A stretch of 64,000 nt of DNA, taken from the NCBI GenBank assembly GCA_963663225.1, contig OY760142.1, positions 1,760,001 to 1,824,000 of the forward strand. The letters are read 5' to 3'. A model generated the notes under the pieces. It had not been told where the DNA came from and did not search any database. It saw only the letters and a list, made by a program, of their open reading frames with translations. Source of the stretch: Nitrospirota bacterium. GTDB lineage: Bacteria > Nitrospirota > UBA9217. The translations under genes were made by a program, and so were the position numbers. This document shows, one piece after another, positions 1 through 9,172 of this stretch; the stretch's first letter is position 1; each line of letters opens with the position of its first letter.

Positions 1-47
1 AAATTGTTTTACCGGTATAGAGCTGAAATTACTTATGTTCGAGTTAA

Positions 48-731
48 TTACCATATAAGCACTATTTGCAATATGAGCTGCTGTAATTTTTCTAACACAT
101 TTTTATTCATTTCTCGTTGTTGGGCATAAGTTAAGTAATTGGGCATAACGTTTTCAGAGTCATCATAGACGAGAGTCTTGCTTTTCACAAGCCTTATGAC
201 TACGGATCTTTCTGCTTTTTCAAACAAAACATAATGAAGCGGTTTGCTTTTCTGAAAAAAACTGGGACTGATTTCGACAGCCGGCGGCACAATCTGATAA
301 CTCTTTATAAGTTCGATAGCATCATCGACATTTTTAGACTGGCGATCTAAAAAAGTGAGAATGTCAAAGGTACTCAGTATGCAACGCTTATCAGCAGGAC
401 TGCAGGCAGCATATCGTGTGCGTCTATTGCCGTATAACCCAGAAATAGACAATCTCTCGATATCCATCACGGTGTTAACTTTTGATGTATAGGATGCGTA
501 CTGGCCGTAGAACCCATATCTATTTGTCAATTTACCAGTATCAATAATTATATCTACGAGATTCTTTTGTCCAATAAATGAAGGAGCGTCACACTTTGCG
601 ATGTTTATGCGGGAGTCTACGGAGCAAGCTTCAAGATGTGTATTTAGGTGAGTGAAGAATGCATCGCCATAAGCTGTGCCAGCCTGAAACGAGCCTACAA
701 AAAAATATATGAATGCCAACAGTTTTCTCAT
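48..731 (-). CDS. Divergent, possibly truncated linear amide C-N hydrolase (choloylglycine hydrolase/penicillin V acylase-like), secreted
   Basis: Signal-peptide-like N-terminus. Segments RYGFYG, LSISGLY, NVDDAIELIK, PLHYVLFEK..RSVVI, LVYDD..NVMPN resemble Ntn C-N hydrolases. At 227 aa it is shorter than typical family members. Confidence 0.45.
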   Translation of the reverse strand: MRKLLAFIYFFVGSFQAGTAYGDAFFTHLNTHLEACSVDSRINIAKCDAPSFIGQKNLVDIIIDTGKLTNRYGFYGQYASYTSKVNTVMDIERLSISGLYGNRRTRYAACSPADKRCILSTFDILTFLDRQSKNVDDAIELIKSYQIVPPAVEISPSFFQKSKPLHYVLFEKAERSVVIRLVKSKTLVYDDSENVMPNYLTYAQQREMNKNVLEKLQQLILQIVLIW

Positions 732-1237
732 GATATTTCCAGCTGTTTAAATATTTGCAGACACCAGAAGCAACTTTCCAGTCATAAGCACTTCATAACG
801 ATGATTGCAATAATGCCGTGGTTTCTGCACGCTCTGCATCGTTATTGATATCTAATGAATGAATCTCCCAATACAAAAGCATGGGTATATTTTGGAGCAC
901 GCGGTTGTGCCGTTTTGTTATTGTTTATGTCTATTCTTTTGCATCGTTGAAATTTATATCTCCATAAAACAACTCTCAATCCATTATGGTTCTGTAAAGT
1001 TTCTTATACTCTTCTCGGTTATGTCTATCCATTCTTAAAATCTATAAAAATATTTTCTTATTTCATATAAGTTATGTATTGCCCTGCTCAAGGGCTGAAG
1101 TTTGTTTCATACTAAGACTAATATTGTTATATATTGGGCTTCTCGTGAGCGGTTATTTTGCTTGTATTCATTGTTAGTTCGATGTGCGGTAACTAGTGTT
1201 GAAAATTTTTTTAAATAATTTTATAAAAATTCACAAT

Positions 1238-1260
1238 ATTTCCACAATTCTTTCAAAATT
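1238..1260 (+). promoter_or_regulatory. Putative BaeR/OmpR-type direct-repeat box
   Basis: atttccacaattctttcaaaatt matches the reverse complement of 23489-23511 (next to baeSR) at 21/23 positions. Confidence 0.5.
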
Positions 1261-1312
1261 AAATCAAACTTAATTCGTAATATAATTACGGAAAAAACTT
1301 TACTGGAACACT

Positions 1313-1906
1313 TTGGGTAGAATTTATAGTTACACATTCATGTTGATAAGGAGTGAATTGTTGAGAGTAGCATTAATAGCTATAATTGTGCTTTTACTAA
1401 TCAGTTGCTCTCATGGAAATGGTGACACTGCGGAAGAATCAAATAAAAATATTGATCAGAAAGAAAAAATAGTAAGAGGACAAGAAGCCGAATCGCAGCG
1501 CCGATTAGCACAGTTGCGGGAAGAAACTCAAACAGAAATACAAGAAGAAATCAATTTTCTTCAAAATATAGTCGGCCAGAAAATACTCAAAATTTGCAGT
1601 GGGACTATTTATCCCATGCAGCGTTTGCTTTCCATGAAACTATCTGAAGCAAATGGTAAATGTTTTTTTATGGAAACTTTTCCAGCCAAGAGCATTAAAG
1701 TCTTTAACCGTACGACAGCCTTGCTGGCATACCGAGATCAAGTAATTTTCGCAGATTTTGTTACAAAATCTGCACCGTTATTCCGTCAGCTGAGAACATA
1801 CGTTGTGAAAGGAGAAGCAAAGCCATACGAGTACAAATCGGACGCAGGGGGAAAGGTACGTGTCGTGAAAGTAAAAATACTAAAAGAAATTACGGACGAA
1901 GATTAA
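1313..1906 (+). CDS. Hypothetical lipoprotein (real start may be ~1340-1361)
   Basis: Hydrophobic stretch ending in lipobox LISC, followed by a charged coiled-coil. AT-rich gene. Confidence 0.7.
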   Translation: MGRIYSYTFMLIRSELLRVALIAIIVLLLISCSHGNGDTAEESNKNIDQKEKIVRGQEAESQRRLAQLREETQTEIQEEINFLQNIVGQKILKICSGTIYPMQRLLSMKLSEANGKCFFMETFPAKSIKVFNRTTALLAYRDQVIFADFVTKSAPLFRQLRTYVVKGEAKPYEYKSDAGGKVRVVKVKILKEITDED

Positions 1907-2174
1907 ATTAATTTTGGTTGCAAATTTTGCTAGAGTATTCTTTAGCCGCATCAATCTTAACATCGTAAGAAACATATTGTTGGTTGAGATTGATGTTGTT
2001 GAGATGCGTTTGCATCGGGATTAATATTCCACTGATGTATGCAATAGAAAACAGTGTTTGATAACTAAGGAATCCTCCGCTGTCCAGTGCTCCCGATACC
2101 TATCATTGCTAATTTGTCAGCTGCAATGAACACTCAGCGTAGATTACCATTTTACATCAGAGAGGGTACTATTT

Positions 2175-2834
2175 ATGGTCATATATTGCGTGGATAAGTT
2201 TGCGGTTATTGTATTATTCCTAACACTTATGTGTTTCCCCTATGGGCAGAGGGTCGCTGCTGACGAGTCGAAAAGTAACACTAATGCTGCCAGGCTAACG
2301 AACGACGCAGGAGCGGACAACGCTAACAATAGCAATGCTAAAAAGACGAACCATCCAGGATTAATTCCGGGAGTACTGCCAGATTCAGCTAATGAGCGCG
2401 GCATTGCTTTTGCTGAAAAAGAACAATATGACCTCGCTATCAAGGAATTTACTAAGGCAATAGAAATACATCCTTTTGATGCTGAAGCTTTCAACAACCG
2501 CGGTATTATATATTCAAAAAAAGGACGCTATGACCTCGCACTGGCCGATTTTAGTAGAGCGATAAATTTAAATCGATCAGATTCTCCCATTTATTATTAT
2601 AATCGAGGGCTTGCATATGTAAAAGCCGATAAGTTCAATCTCGCCCTTGAAGATTTCAGCAAGAGCATAGAAATTAATCCTATCAATGCCTCAGCGCTTA
2701 AGGCTAGAGGCGACACGGCAGTGAAACTGGCATGCTATGATTGGTTGCAGGCATGTAAAATAGGAGATTGTCTGCAAATGAAGGAAGCTAAAAAAATGGG
2801 ATTATGTACTGAACTCATCAAGCTAAATTATTAG
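2175..2834 (+). CDS. Secreted tetratricopeptide-repeat protein
   Basis: Signal peptide. About 3 TPR units (YDLAIKEFTKAIEIHP, AFNNRG, YYYNRG). C-terminal ACYDW..ACKIG cap. Confidence 0.85.
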   Translation: MVIYCVDKFAVIVLFLTLMCFPYGQRVAADESKSNTNAARLTNDAGADNANNSNAKKTNHPGLIPGVLPDSANERGIAFAEKEQYDLAIKEFTKAIEIHPFDAEAFNNRGIIYSKKGRYDLALADFSRAINLNRSDSPIYYYNRGLAYVKADKFNLALEDFSKSIEINPINASALKARGDTAVKLACYDWLQACKIGDCLQMKEAKKMGLCTELIKLNY

Positions 2835-3139
2835 TATAGAAAAACGACTGATCAATGGGAAAGGGGGATGCAAAAAAATCTAGAATAAATCACGATTCAT
2901 ATTCCATTTGATACATATAAAATTTAGAAGAGTTTTGACTGTAATATAGGAGTATGGCGGGATAGCAATAGCCGTAGATAACAGAATAAAAGTTTATTGA
3001 CAGCTTGTAAGGTGTTGTGATATATATTCCCCAGTTCGAGTAGTGTGTGTTTCTCAGATGTTTTTCCCTTCGGAGTTTTTAGTAGATACCTTACTACACG
3101 AACACTCTGGTTTCCATCTCGCAGTCCTGACTTCACTGC

Positions 3140-4744
3140 ATGAAAAATAAACTTCTCATACTTCTTTTCTGCTGTCTTGCCGGTTTTTCCCCGCTTCACG
3201 TCTTTGCCCAGGAAGCCAAAAATGACACCCGTGGCATTATTTCCACACCGCTTGCCAATGTCCGCAGTGACACCAAAGCAAAATCGCCGATCATAACGCA
3301 ACTGCTGATGGGCGACGAAGTGCGTATACTCGGAAAGCAGGACAACCGGTATCGCATTGCGATTTTGACCCAGGACCGTCGCGAGGGCTGGGTGCAGCAG
3401 GAGGCGGTGCTGGTGCCAAAAGGGAAAAACCGCGACTACCTGAATGCAAAGCGGCAGTGGATCGTCATCACAAAACCCAAATCCGACGCGCTTATTCTCG
3501 ACAAAACCGGCAACCACAAGGTTGCACTTTACGCTGGCACCCGTCTGCCGGTGCTCAAAAAGGGCGCGGATCGGTATGAGGTCCAGTTTCCCGACCGGTC
3601 GGTTGCGGTCATCAAGGCATCAGACGCAATGCCGGAAAAACCGCTCGACCCGCTGGCAAATGACACAAAAGCGGACGAAATCGTCAACACGGCAAAGCAG
3701 TTCCTGCATGTGCAATACTTTGCCGGAGGGGTGACGGCCCAGGGCATTGATATGCAGGGTCTGATTTATGTCGCCTATCGCATACACGGATTTTTCCTGG
3801 GGATGGACGGGGATGCGCTTCTCGCCAAAACAAGAAAGATCCAGAAAAAAGATCTCGAGCCTGGCGACATTCTCCTGTTCCACGGCAACGGCATGGGACT
3901 GTACCTGGGAAGCGGCCGGTTCCTCCAGACAACGCGAAAAGGCTCGGTAGGGATCGCAGGGATCCATGACCGAAGGGCAAGCCATGCACTGCTGTATGGA
4001 CTCAGAATCATCGGCGCGAAGTCTGAAGAGAAAAAGAAATTGGCGGACATGACGGCCGACGAGATATTGATCGCGCAAACGCGCGTCGCGCCGCTCGCCG
4101 TGGGGCAGCGTATCGCGTATTGGGCCGGCAGGTTCATCGGGACGCCGTACGACACCGATCCCCTCGGGCTCTACGTCCGTACCAGCCGGATTATCGCTGA
4201 TGAAAAAGCGGATTGCATGTACCATGTCTTTCGCTCCGTGGAGCTTGCCCAGAGCAATACTCCCGCGGAAGCGGTGGACAAAGCGCTCACGCTCCGGTTT
4301 ATCATGAAAGGCGCACTGGCGGACGGTCTTGTCGTCAATTATAATGACCGGTTCCAGTACGGCGAAGACATGGTGGTGAGCGGCAAATGGGGCCGGGACA
4401 TCACGGCCGTCCTCGGCCCGACGCAGACAATCACCGGATCGAGAGGCCGCGACCAGGTCGATATTCTTCCCAAAAACGTTCTTGCGACGCGCGCGCTGCA
4501 GAAAAACCTGCAGGATGGCGATATCATCTACTGGGTAAAGGACCCCCGGAAACGCGCTGTTGACGAAATCGTCGGCCATCTTTCCATCGTCCGGATAAAA
4601 TCCGGCAAGGTCTCCGTTATCCATGCGTCCGGCGACAAAGACCGCCCGTCAAAACGCGGCGGCGGCATGGTAAAAGAGGTCCTGTTCAGCGACTACCTCA
4701 AGTCCATGCGTTTTATCGGGGCCTTTGTTACACGGTTTGAATGA
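3140..4744 (+). CDS. Peptidoglycan hydrolase: SH3b + degenerate NlpC/P60 + DUF1460 (AmiA-like NlpC/P60-fold amidase)
   Basis: Signal peptide and SH3b (ANVRSD..TQLLMGDEV..EGWV). First NlpC-like domain GGVTAQGIDMQGL..DLEPGDILLF. Second domain FIGTPY..DCMYHV..LQDGDIIYW..VGHLSIV..IHAS. Confidence 0.8.
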   Translation: MKNKLLILLFCCLAGFSPLHVFAQEAKNDTRGIISTPLANVRSDTKAKSPIITQLLMGDEVRILGKQDNRYRIAILTQDRREGWVQQEAVLVPKGKNRDYLNAKRQWIVITKPKSDALILDKTGNHKVALYAGTRLPVLKKGADRYEVQFPDRSVAVIKASDAMPEKPLDPLANDTKADEIVNTAKQFLHVQYFAGGVTAQGIDMQGLIYVAYRIHGFFLGMDGDALLAKTRKIQKKDLEPGDILLFHGNGMGLYLGSGRFLQTTRKGSVGIAGIHDRRASHALLYGLRIIGAKSEEKKKLADMTADEILIAQTRVAPLAVGQRIAYWAGRFIGTPYDTDPLGLYVRTSRIIADEKADCMYHVFRSVELAQSNTPAEAVDKALTLRFIMKGALADGLVVNYNDRFQYGEDMVVSGKWGRDITAVLGPTQTITGSRGRDQVDILPKNVLATRALQKNLQDGDIIYWVKDPRKRAVDEIVGHLSIVRIKSGKVSVIHASGDKDRPSKRGGGMVKEVLFSDYLKSMRFIGAFVTRFE

Positions 4745-4766
4745 CTATTCTTATTGTAATTTCCAT

Positions 4767-4796
4767 TTGACAATCCTTCCGCTCCTCTGCTATTCT
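4767..4796 (+). promoter_or_regulatory. Putative sigma70 promoter for comM
   Basis: TTGACA-18 nt-TATTCT with an extended -10 TG. Confidence 0.5.
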
Positions 4797-4915
4797 CTGT
4801 CCTGATAATTTTAAGAATACAGTTTTGAATCGACGATGCCGATGCGGCTGTTTTTGGTCCGCGCTGTTCCCGGCGTTGTCAGGCATTTTCATCCCCACGC
4901 CGCCAAGGAGTCTTC

Positions 4916-6448
4916 ATGCTTGCCAAAGTGATCAGTTCCGCAGTGCTCGGCATCGATGCGTATCCCGTTGAAGTTGAAGTCGACATCGCAAGCAGAGGGC
5001 TGCCCTTTTTTTCAACCGTCGGCCTGCCCGATGCAGCCGTAAAAGAGAGCAAGGAACGCGTGCGTGCCGCTCTCAAAAACACCGGCTTCGATTTTCCCCT
5101 GAAACAGGTCCTCGTCAATCTCGCGCCGGCCGACATAAAAAAAGAGGGGTCTGCCTTCGATCTGCCGATCGCAATCGGAATGCTTATCGCCGAGGGTGTC
5201 CTTGATCAGGACCAGGTAAACGGCTACCTTCTTGTGGGGGAACTGTCGCTCGACGGACGGGTCAAGACAGTGCGGGGCGCGCTTTCCATGGCGGTATTGG
5301 CGAAAAAAGCGGGCTACCGCGGCATGATTCTTCCTGCCGACAACGCCCAGGAAGCCGCGGTGGTGGATTCAGTCAAAATTTTTGGCATGCAGACCCTGCC
5401 TCAGGTCGTTGAATTTCTCGGCGGAAAATCTTCCGTTGTATCTGAAACAGTCAATATCAGGAACGCCATGGACGCATATTCAGCGTACCAGGAGGATTTT
5501 TCCGAAGTGAGGGGACAGGAACACGCCAAACGCGCCGTTGAAGTCGCCGCGGCTGGAGGGCACAACATCATCATGATCGGTCCTCCGGGTTCCGGCAAGA
5601 CCATGCTTGCCCGGAGGCTGCCTTCGGTCCTGCCCAAAATGAGTTTTGAAGAATCCATCGAAACCACGAAAATCCACAGTATCATGGGCCTGCTCAAGCA
5701 GGGGCAGCCGCTCATTGCCGCGCGGCCATACCGGTCGCCGCATCATACGATTTCCGACGCGGGGCTCATCGGAGGAGGGCAGATCCCGAAACCGGGCGAG
5801 GTGAGTCTTTCCCACAACGGAGTGCTTTTTCTCGACGAACTGCCGGAATTCAAACGAAACGTGCTGGAAGCGCTTCGGCAGCCGCTTGAAGACGGCCAGG
5901 TGACGATTTCACGCGCCGTGACGTCGCTGACCTATCCCGCGTCGTTAATGCTTGTCGCTGCCATGAACCCGTGCAAATGCGGGTTCCATGGAGATCCGTT
6001 TCACCAATGCTTCTGCACGCCGCATCAGATTCAAACATACCGCTCGAAAGTGTCCGGGCCTCTCTTGGACCGGATCGATATTCATGTGGAAGTTCCCGCC
6101 ATTAAGTTCAATGAAATTTCATCAGACACGCCGGGTGAATCGTCCGAGGCCATTCGCGCCCGCGTGACCGGCGCGCGCGCGATCCAGCAGGAACGCTTTA
6201 AGAGTGACGGAATCTACGCGAACGCACAAATGAGGCCGAGGCATCTCAGAAAATACTGCAAGATCGATCAGAGCTGTCAATCCCTGATGGAGACCGCCAT
6301 GAACCGGCTCGGACTTTCCGCCCGCGCGTACAACCGCATTCTGAAAGTCGCCCGGACGATCGCGGATTTGGAAAACTCAGAGAACATTGCCTCGGAACAC
6401 CTCGCCGAAGCCATACAGTACAGAAGTCTCGACAGAAAAGTGAGTTAG
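4916..6448 (+). CDS. comM: YifB/ComM family Mg-chelatase-like AAA+ ATPase
   Basis: [32 protein letters not shown], Walker [39 protein letters not shown]. Confidence 0.95.
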   Translation: MLAKVISSAVLGIDAYPVEVEVDIASRGLPFFSTVGLPDAAVKESKERVRAALKNTGFDFPLKQVLVNLAPADIKKEGSAFDLPIAIGMLIAEGVLDQDQVNGYLLVGELSLDGRVKTVRGALSMAVLAKKAGYRGMILPADNAQEAAVVDSVKIFGMQTLPQVVEFLGGKSSVVSETVNIRNAMDAYSAYQEDFSEVRGQEHAKRAVEVAAAGGHNIIMIGPPGSGKTMLARRLPSVLPKMSFEESIETTKIHSIMGLLKQGQPLIAARPYRSPHHTISDAGLIGGGQIPKPGEVSLSHNGVLFLDELPEFKRNVLEALRQPLEDGQVTISRAVTSLTYPASLMLVAAMNPCKCGFHGDPFHQCFCTPHQIQTYRSKVSGPLLDRIDIHVEVPAIKFNEISSDTPGESSEAIRARVTGARAIQQERFKSDGIYANAQMRPRHLRKYCKIDQSCQSLMETAMNRLGLSARAYNRILKVARTIADLENSENIASEHLAEAIQYRSLDRKVS

Positions 6449-6545
6449 GCAAGAACACTCGTGCACTGCACCATGGACTGCTGACGAATATCTTCAAATG
6501 TAGCGAAAGGCTTAATTCTGAGCAATGCAAATAGTGAGGTGCAAC

Positions 6546-7388
6546 ATGAAAAAAATAATAATTTTGATAGCGCTAATATTTGCGACATCTAGTATTGCTC
6601 AGGAAAGGGGAAGCTATTTAATACAAAGCGACATCGGAGAATTCAAATATAGGCCAAAGCGAACAAATCAAGTCTATGGTAATAGTGGAATACTAATACC
6701 TGTAGATCATTTTGATATAGACCATAATGACACTACTTATAAGACGCGCTATGTGCATCCTGTGACTATTTTAGGCGTTGAAGTCCAAGTCACCCAACAC
6801 ACTGGAGGGGATTCCGATAAGTGGCTGTTGCATGAGGTGGATAAGGAATTCCGAACTTATTATGGAATCCCAGATCCAAGTTACATGATCAGAACGATTA
6901 ACGGCAATACAGTTTATACTTTTGGATCAGCGGGTTGGGATTATCGCTGGGTCAGCGGAAATAAAATAATTGATCTTGAATATCGCGATCCGATGATGAG
7001 TAAGGCAGAACCCTTGGAAATAATAAATGCTTATTTGGCAAAACACCCGTCATTTTTACCTGCTACAACATCGGCTGGCATTCGTAATGCTGAAAGCAAA
7101 ACCACTTGGATCAAAGACGAAATGGACCGCAGGCTATGGCTGTGTGACAAGTGGTTTATGCAGCTGCAGTTGGAAAAGGTGACGCAAAGCGACACATTGC
7201 AGGCAGCGGTCAAGAGCATGAATGTATTTCTTGATTATCGTCAGAAATACTACGGTATCGATGCCGCCGGCGATAAGAACCTGCTGTCAGGATATCTCAG
7301 CGCCAACGACGGAACGAACATTAAAGCAAAGCTCACGGAGTATAAGAATTGGTGGAGCATGAATAGAAACAAATCGATCAGACTGTGA
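6546..7388 (+). CDS. Hypothetical secreted protein
   Basis: MKKIIILIALIFATSSIAQ signal peptide. AT-richer than comM. No recognised domain. Confidence 0.75.
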   Translation: MKKIIILIALIFATSSIAQERGSYLIQSDIGEFKYRPKRTNQVYGNSGILIPVDHFDIDHNDTTYKTRYVHPVTILGVEVQVTQHTGGDSDKWLLHEVDKEFRTYYGIPDPSYMIRTINGNTVYTFGSAGWDYRWVSGNKIIDLEYRDPMMSKAEPLEIINAYLAKHPSFLPATTSAGIRNAESKTTWIKDEMDRRLWLCDKWFMQLQLEKVTQSDTLQAAVKSMNVFLDYRQKYYGIDAAGDKNLLSGYLSANDGTNIKAKLTEYKNWWSMNRNKSIRL

Positions 7389-7395
7389 TAGATTA

Positions 7396-7761
7396 ACCGC
7401 CGAGAGCGCCGAGGAAAGAAGGTAGGTTGGGCTGAACGTTCTTTGCGAAGCCCAACGAATAAATGATGCTGTAAACTCTTATGCATCACCGTTGGAATGG
7501 AAATTTTCAAGTTTTTACCGGTATGTGAAAACAGGAGTGTACCATCCGGATTGGGGCGCGGTTGAACCGATGACTTTTGATGACAGTATAGTGAATGAAT
7601 GAAAATCTGTTGGGCTTCACAATGTTCAGCCCAACCTACGCTACTATCAGGTTGCAACGTAGGTTTATTGATCAACTTTAATGTCAAGATATTGAAAGAC
7701 GGTGTCAGATGCATCGTAAATAATTTTTCGGATTCTCTGCGTACTCAGCGTGCTCCGCGGT
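7396..7761. repeat. Outer imperfect inverted repeat (ACCGCnGAG-type) enclosing the REP doublet
   Basis: accgccgagagcgccgag (7396-7413) matches the reverse complement of 7744-7761 (accgcggagcacgctgag) at 14/18 positions. Confidence 0.5.
7422..7639. repeat. Inverted doublet of GTAG-type REP-like palindromes
   Basis: gtaggttgggctgaac-gttctttgc-gaagcccaac (7422-7456) and the inverted copy gttgggcttc-acaat-gttcagcccaacctac (7609-7639). Each forms a GTTGGGCT/AGCCCAAC hairpin. Confidence 0.8.
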
Positions 7762-8236
7762 GAGAAAGAATGAGAAGTTTTGTTTTTATCATAGCGATTC
7801 TGATTTATTAAGATTACGAAGAACGTTGTTATAAACGTTGCGTTGCGGATTTATGAGGGATGACCTCTTCTCGGAAAACAACACCACTCAATGAATCGGA
7901 CCTAAGGGAGTGTGAATAAGTGGAAGAAGATAAGGTCGTAAAGGTTTGCATATGCAAAATTAATAGCGAGTATCTGTTGCACAAAACACATACAATGAAG
8001 CGAAGACATTACCCATCCCTGAGCACCCAACATCCTTCGGAATTTCGTAAATTATTACTGAATTTTTGAAAAACCCTGAAAATACCCAATACTGGGTATT
8101 GACAATAACAGCCTCCTCCTGCATAGTGACGACGATTTCTTGCCTGAATATTGGTTTTCTCCAGGTCAAAATCATTATTGAATGACATGCTTCTGTGCGG
8201 ATATTGAACGGATATTGACTACAGGAGGATTTCATC

Positions 8237-8674
8237 ATGCCGACTGATAGCATTCTTTCTTCTCTTTTATCAATTCATAAACTTTTGCAGCGACATGAAC
8301 GGGCGGGAAGCGATTTAACTGATCAGGCAAGAAAACGCATATCAGATGCCTATAATCGTATTTACAGCCTTGCGGTACGAGCGGTACGGGCAGAAACGAC
8401 TGATTTTAATTTGGAAAGGACTCTTTTGGGTCGCGAAATTGGTTCTTCACTGGCAGATATAGAAGAATACTTAAAAAGAAATTTTCAGGCTTCCATAGAT
8501 CATGACGCTGTTATATCTGTTGTAGATGTTGTTTTGGAGATGCTGGAGGGTTCCTTTTCTCCCGAATTCGTGCAGGGGAATGAAGTGGAGGCAGGCAGTA
8601 TTCCGAAATTGCAGGATATTCTCAGAAAAAATGAAAACGGTTATTCCGTACGCGATTGCCGGTTTAAAGGTTGA
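8237..8674 (+). CDS. Hypothetical helical protein
   Basis: 145-aa ORF with an AGGAGG RBS upstream. No motif recognised. Confidence 0.65.
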   Translation: MPTDSILSSLLSIHKLLQRHERAGSDLTDQARKRISDAYNRIYSLAVRAVRAETTDFNLERTLLGREIGSSLADIEEYLKRNFQASIDHDAVISVVDVVLEMLEGSFSPEFVQGNEVEAGSIPKLQDILRKNENGYSVRDCRFKG

Positions 8675-8737
8675 AAAGTCGTTGTAGCATGCGAGAAAAG
8701 CTTTCCGGCGGCAGTGTGGTGGAAAAACCGTCAGGAT

Positions 8738-9130
8738 TCAGGCAGTAATCCAACGGTCGATAAGCAATTTAATGTCCTTGCCGAATTGATCCATGTTAAA
8801 AGCTTTCTGGAGAAAGGCATCCGCACCGGCATCATACGCCGCCTGTTTGTCCGATTCGAGTGAGGAGTTTGTCACAATGACCACGGGGATGTCTTTCAGG
8901 CACGCGTCTGCACGCAGCTGCCGCACTGTTTCGATTCCGCCCATTCCGGGCATTTTCAAATCGAGCAGTATCAGAGACGGCGCAACTTTGCGGGTCCGGA
9001 GAAGTTCAAGCGCGGCTTCACCTTCCTGTGCGGTGGTAATATTTTTTACCCGGCCTGCTTTTTTCAAAACTCTTCTCAGGAGCTCTATTTCATCCTGGTC
9101 GTCATCCACAATCATCACTGTCTGCATCAT
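8738..9130 (-). CDS. Single-domain response regulator (Rcp1-like)
   Basis: MIVDDD, LILLDLKMPGMGG, IPVVIVTNS, GADAFLQK. Confidence 0.9.
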   Translation of the reverse strand: MMQTVMIVDDDQDEIELLRRVLKKAGRVKNITTAQEGEAALELLRTRKVAPSLILLDLKMPGMGGIETVRQLRADACLKDIPVVIVTNSSLESDKQAAYDAGADAFLQKAFNMDQFGKDIKLLIDRWITA

Positions 9131-9172
9131 GATACCCGGCCTCTCTCCGAAAACTGTTCTTACGGCTTTGTG

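Noticed and set aside
4916-6448. comM as the insertion site of a disrupting mobile element
   Set aside because: comM is full length, and no integrase or duplicated comM fragment was seen in the window.
7422-7639. CRISPR-like repeats
   Set aside because: There are only two copies, they are inverted, and there is no spacer array or cas gene. A REP doublet explains them better.
7250-7714. 154-aa minus-strand ORF
   Set aside because: It runs through the REP palindromes and overlaps a better-supported plus-strand gene.
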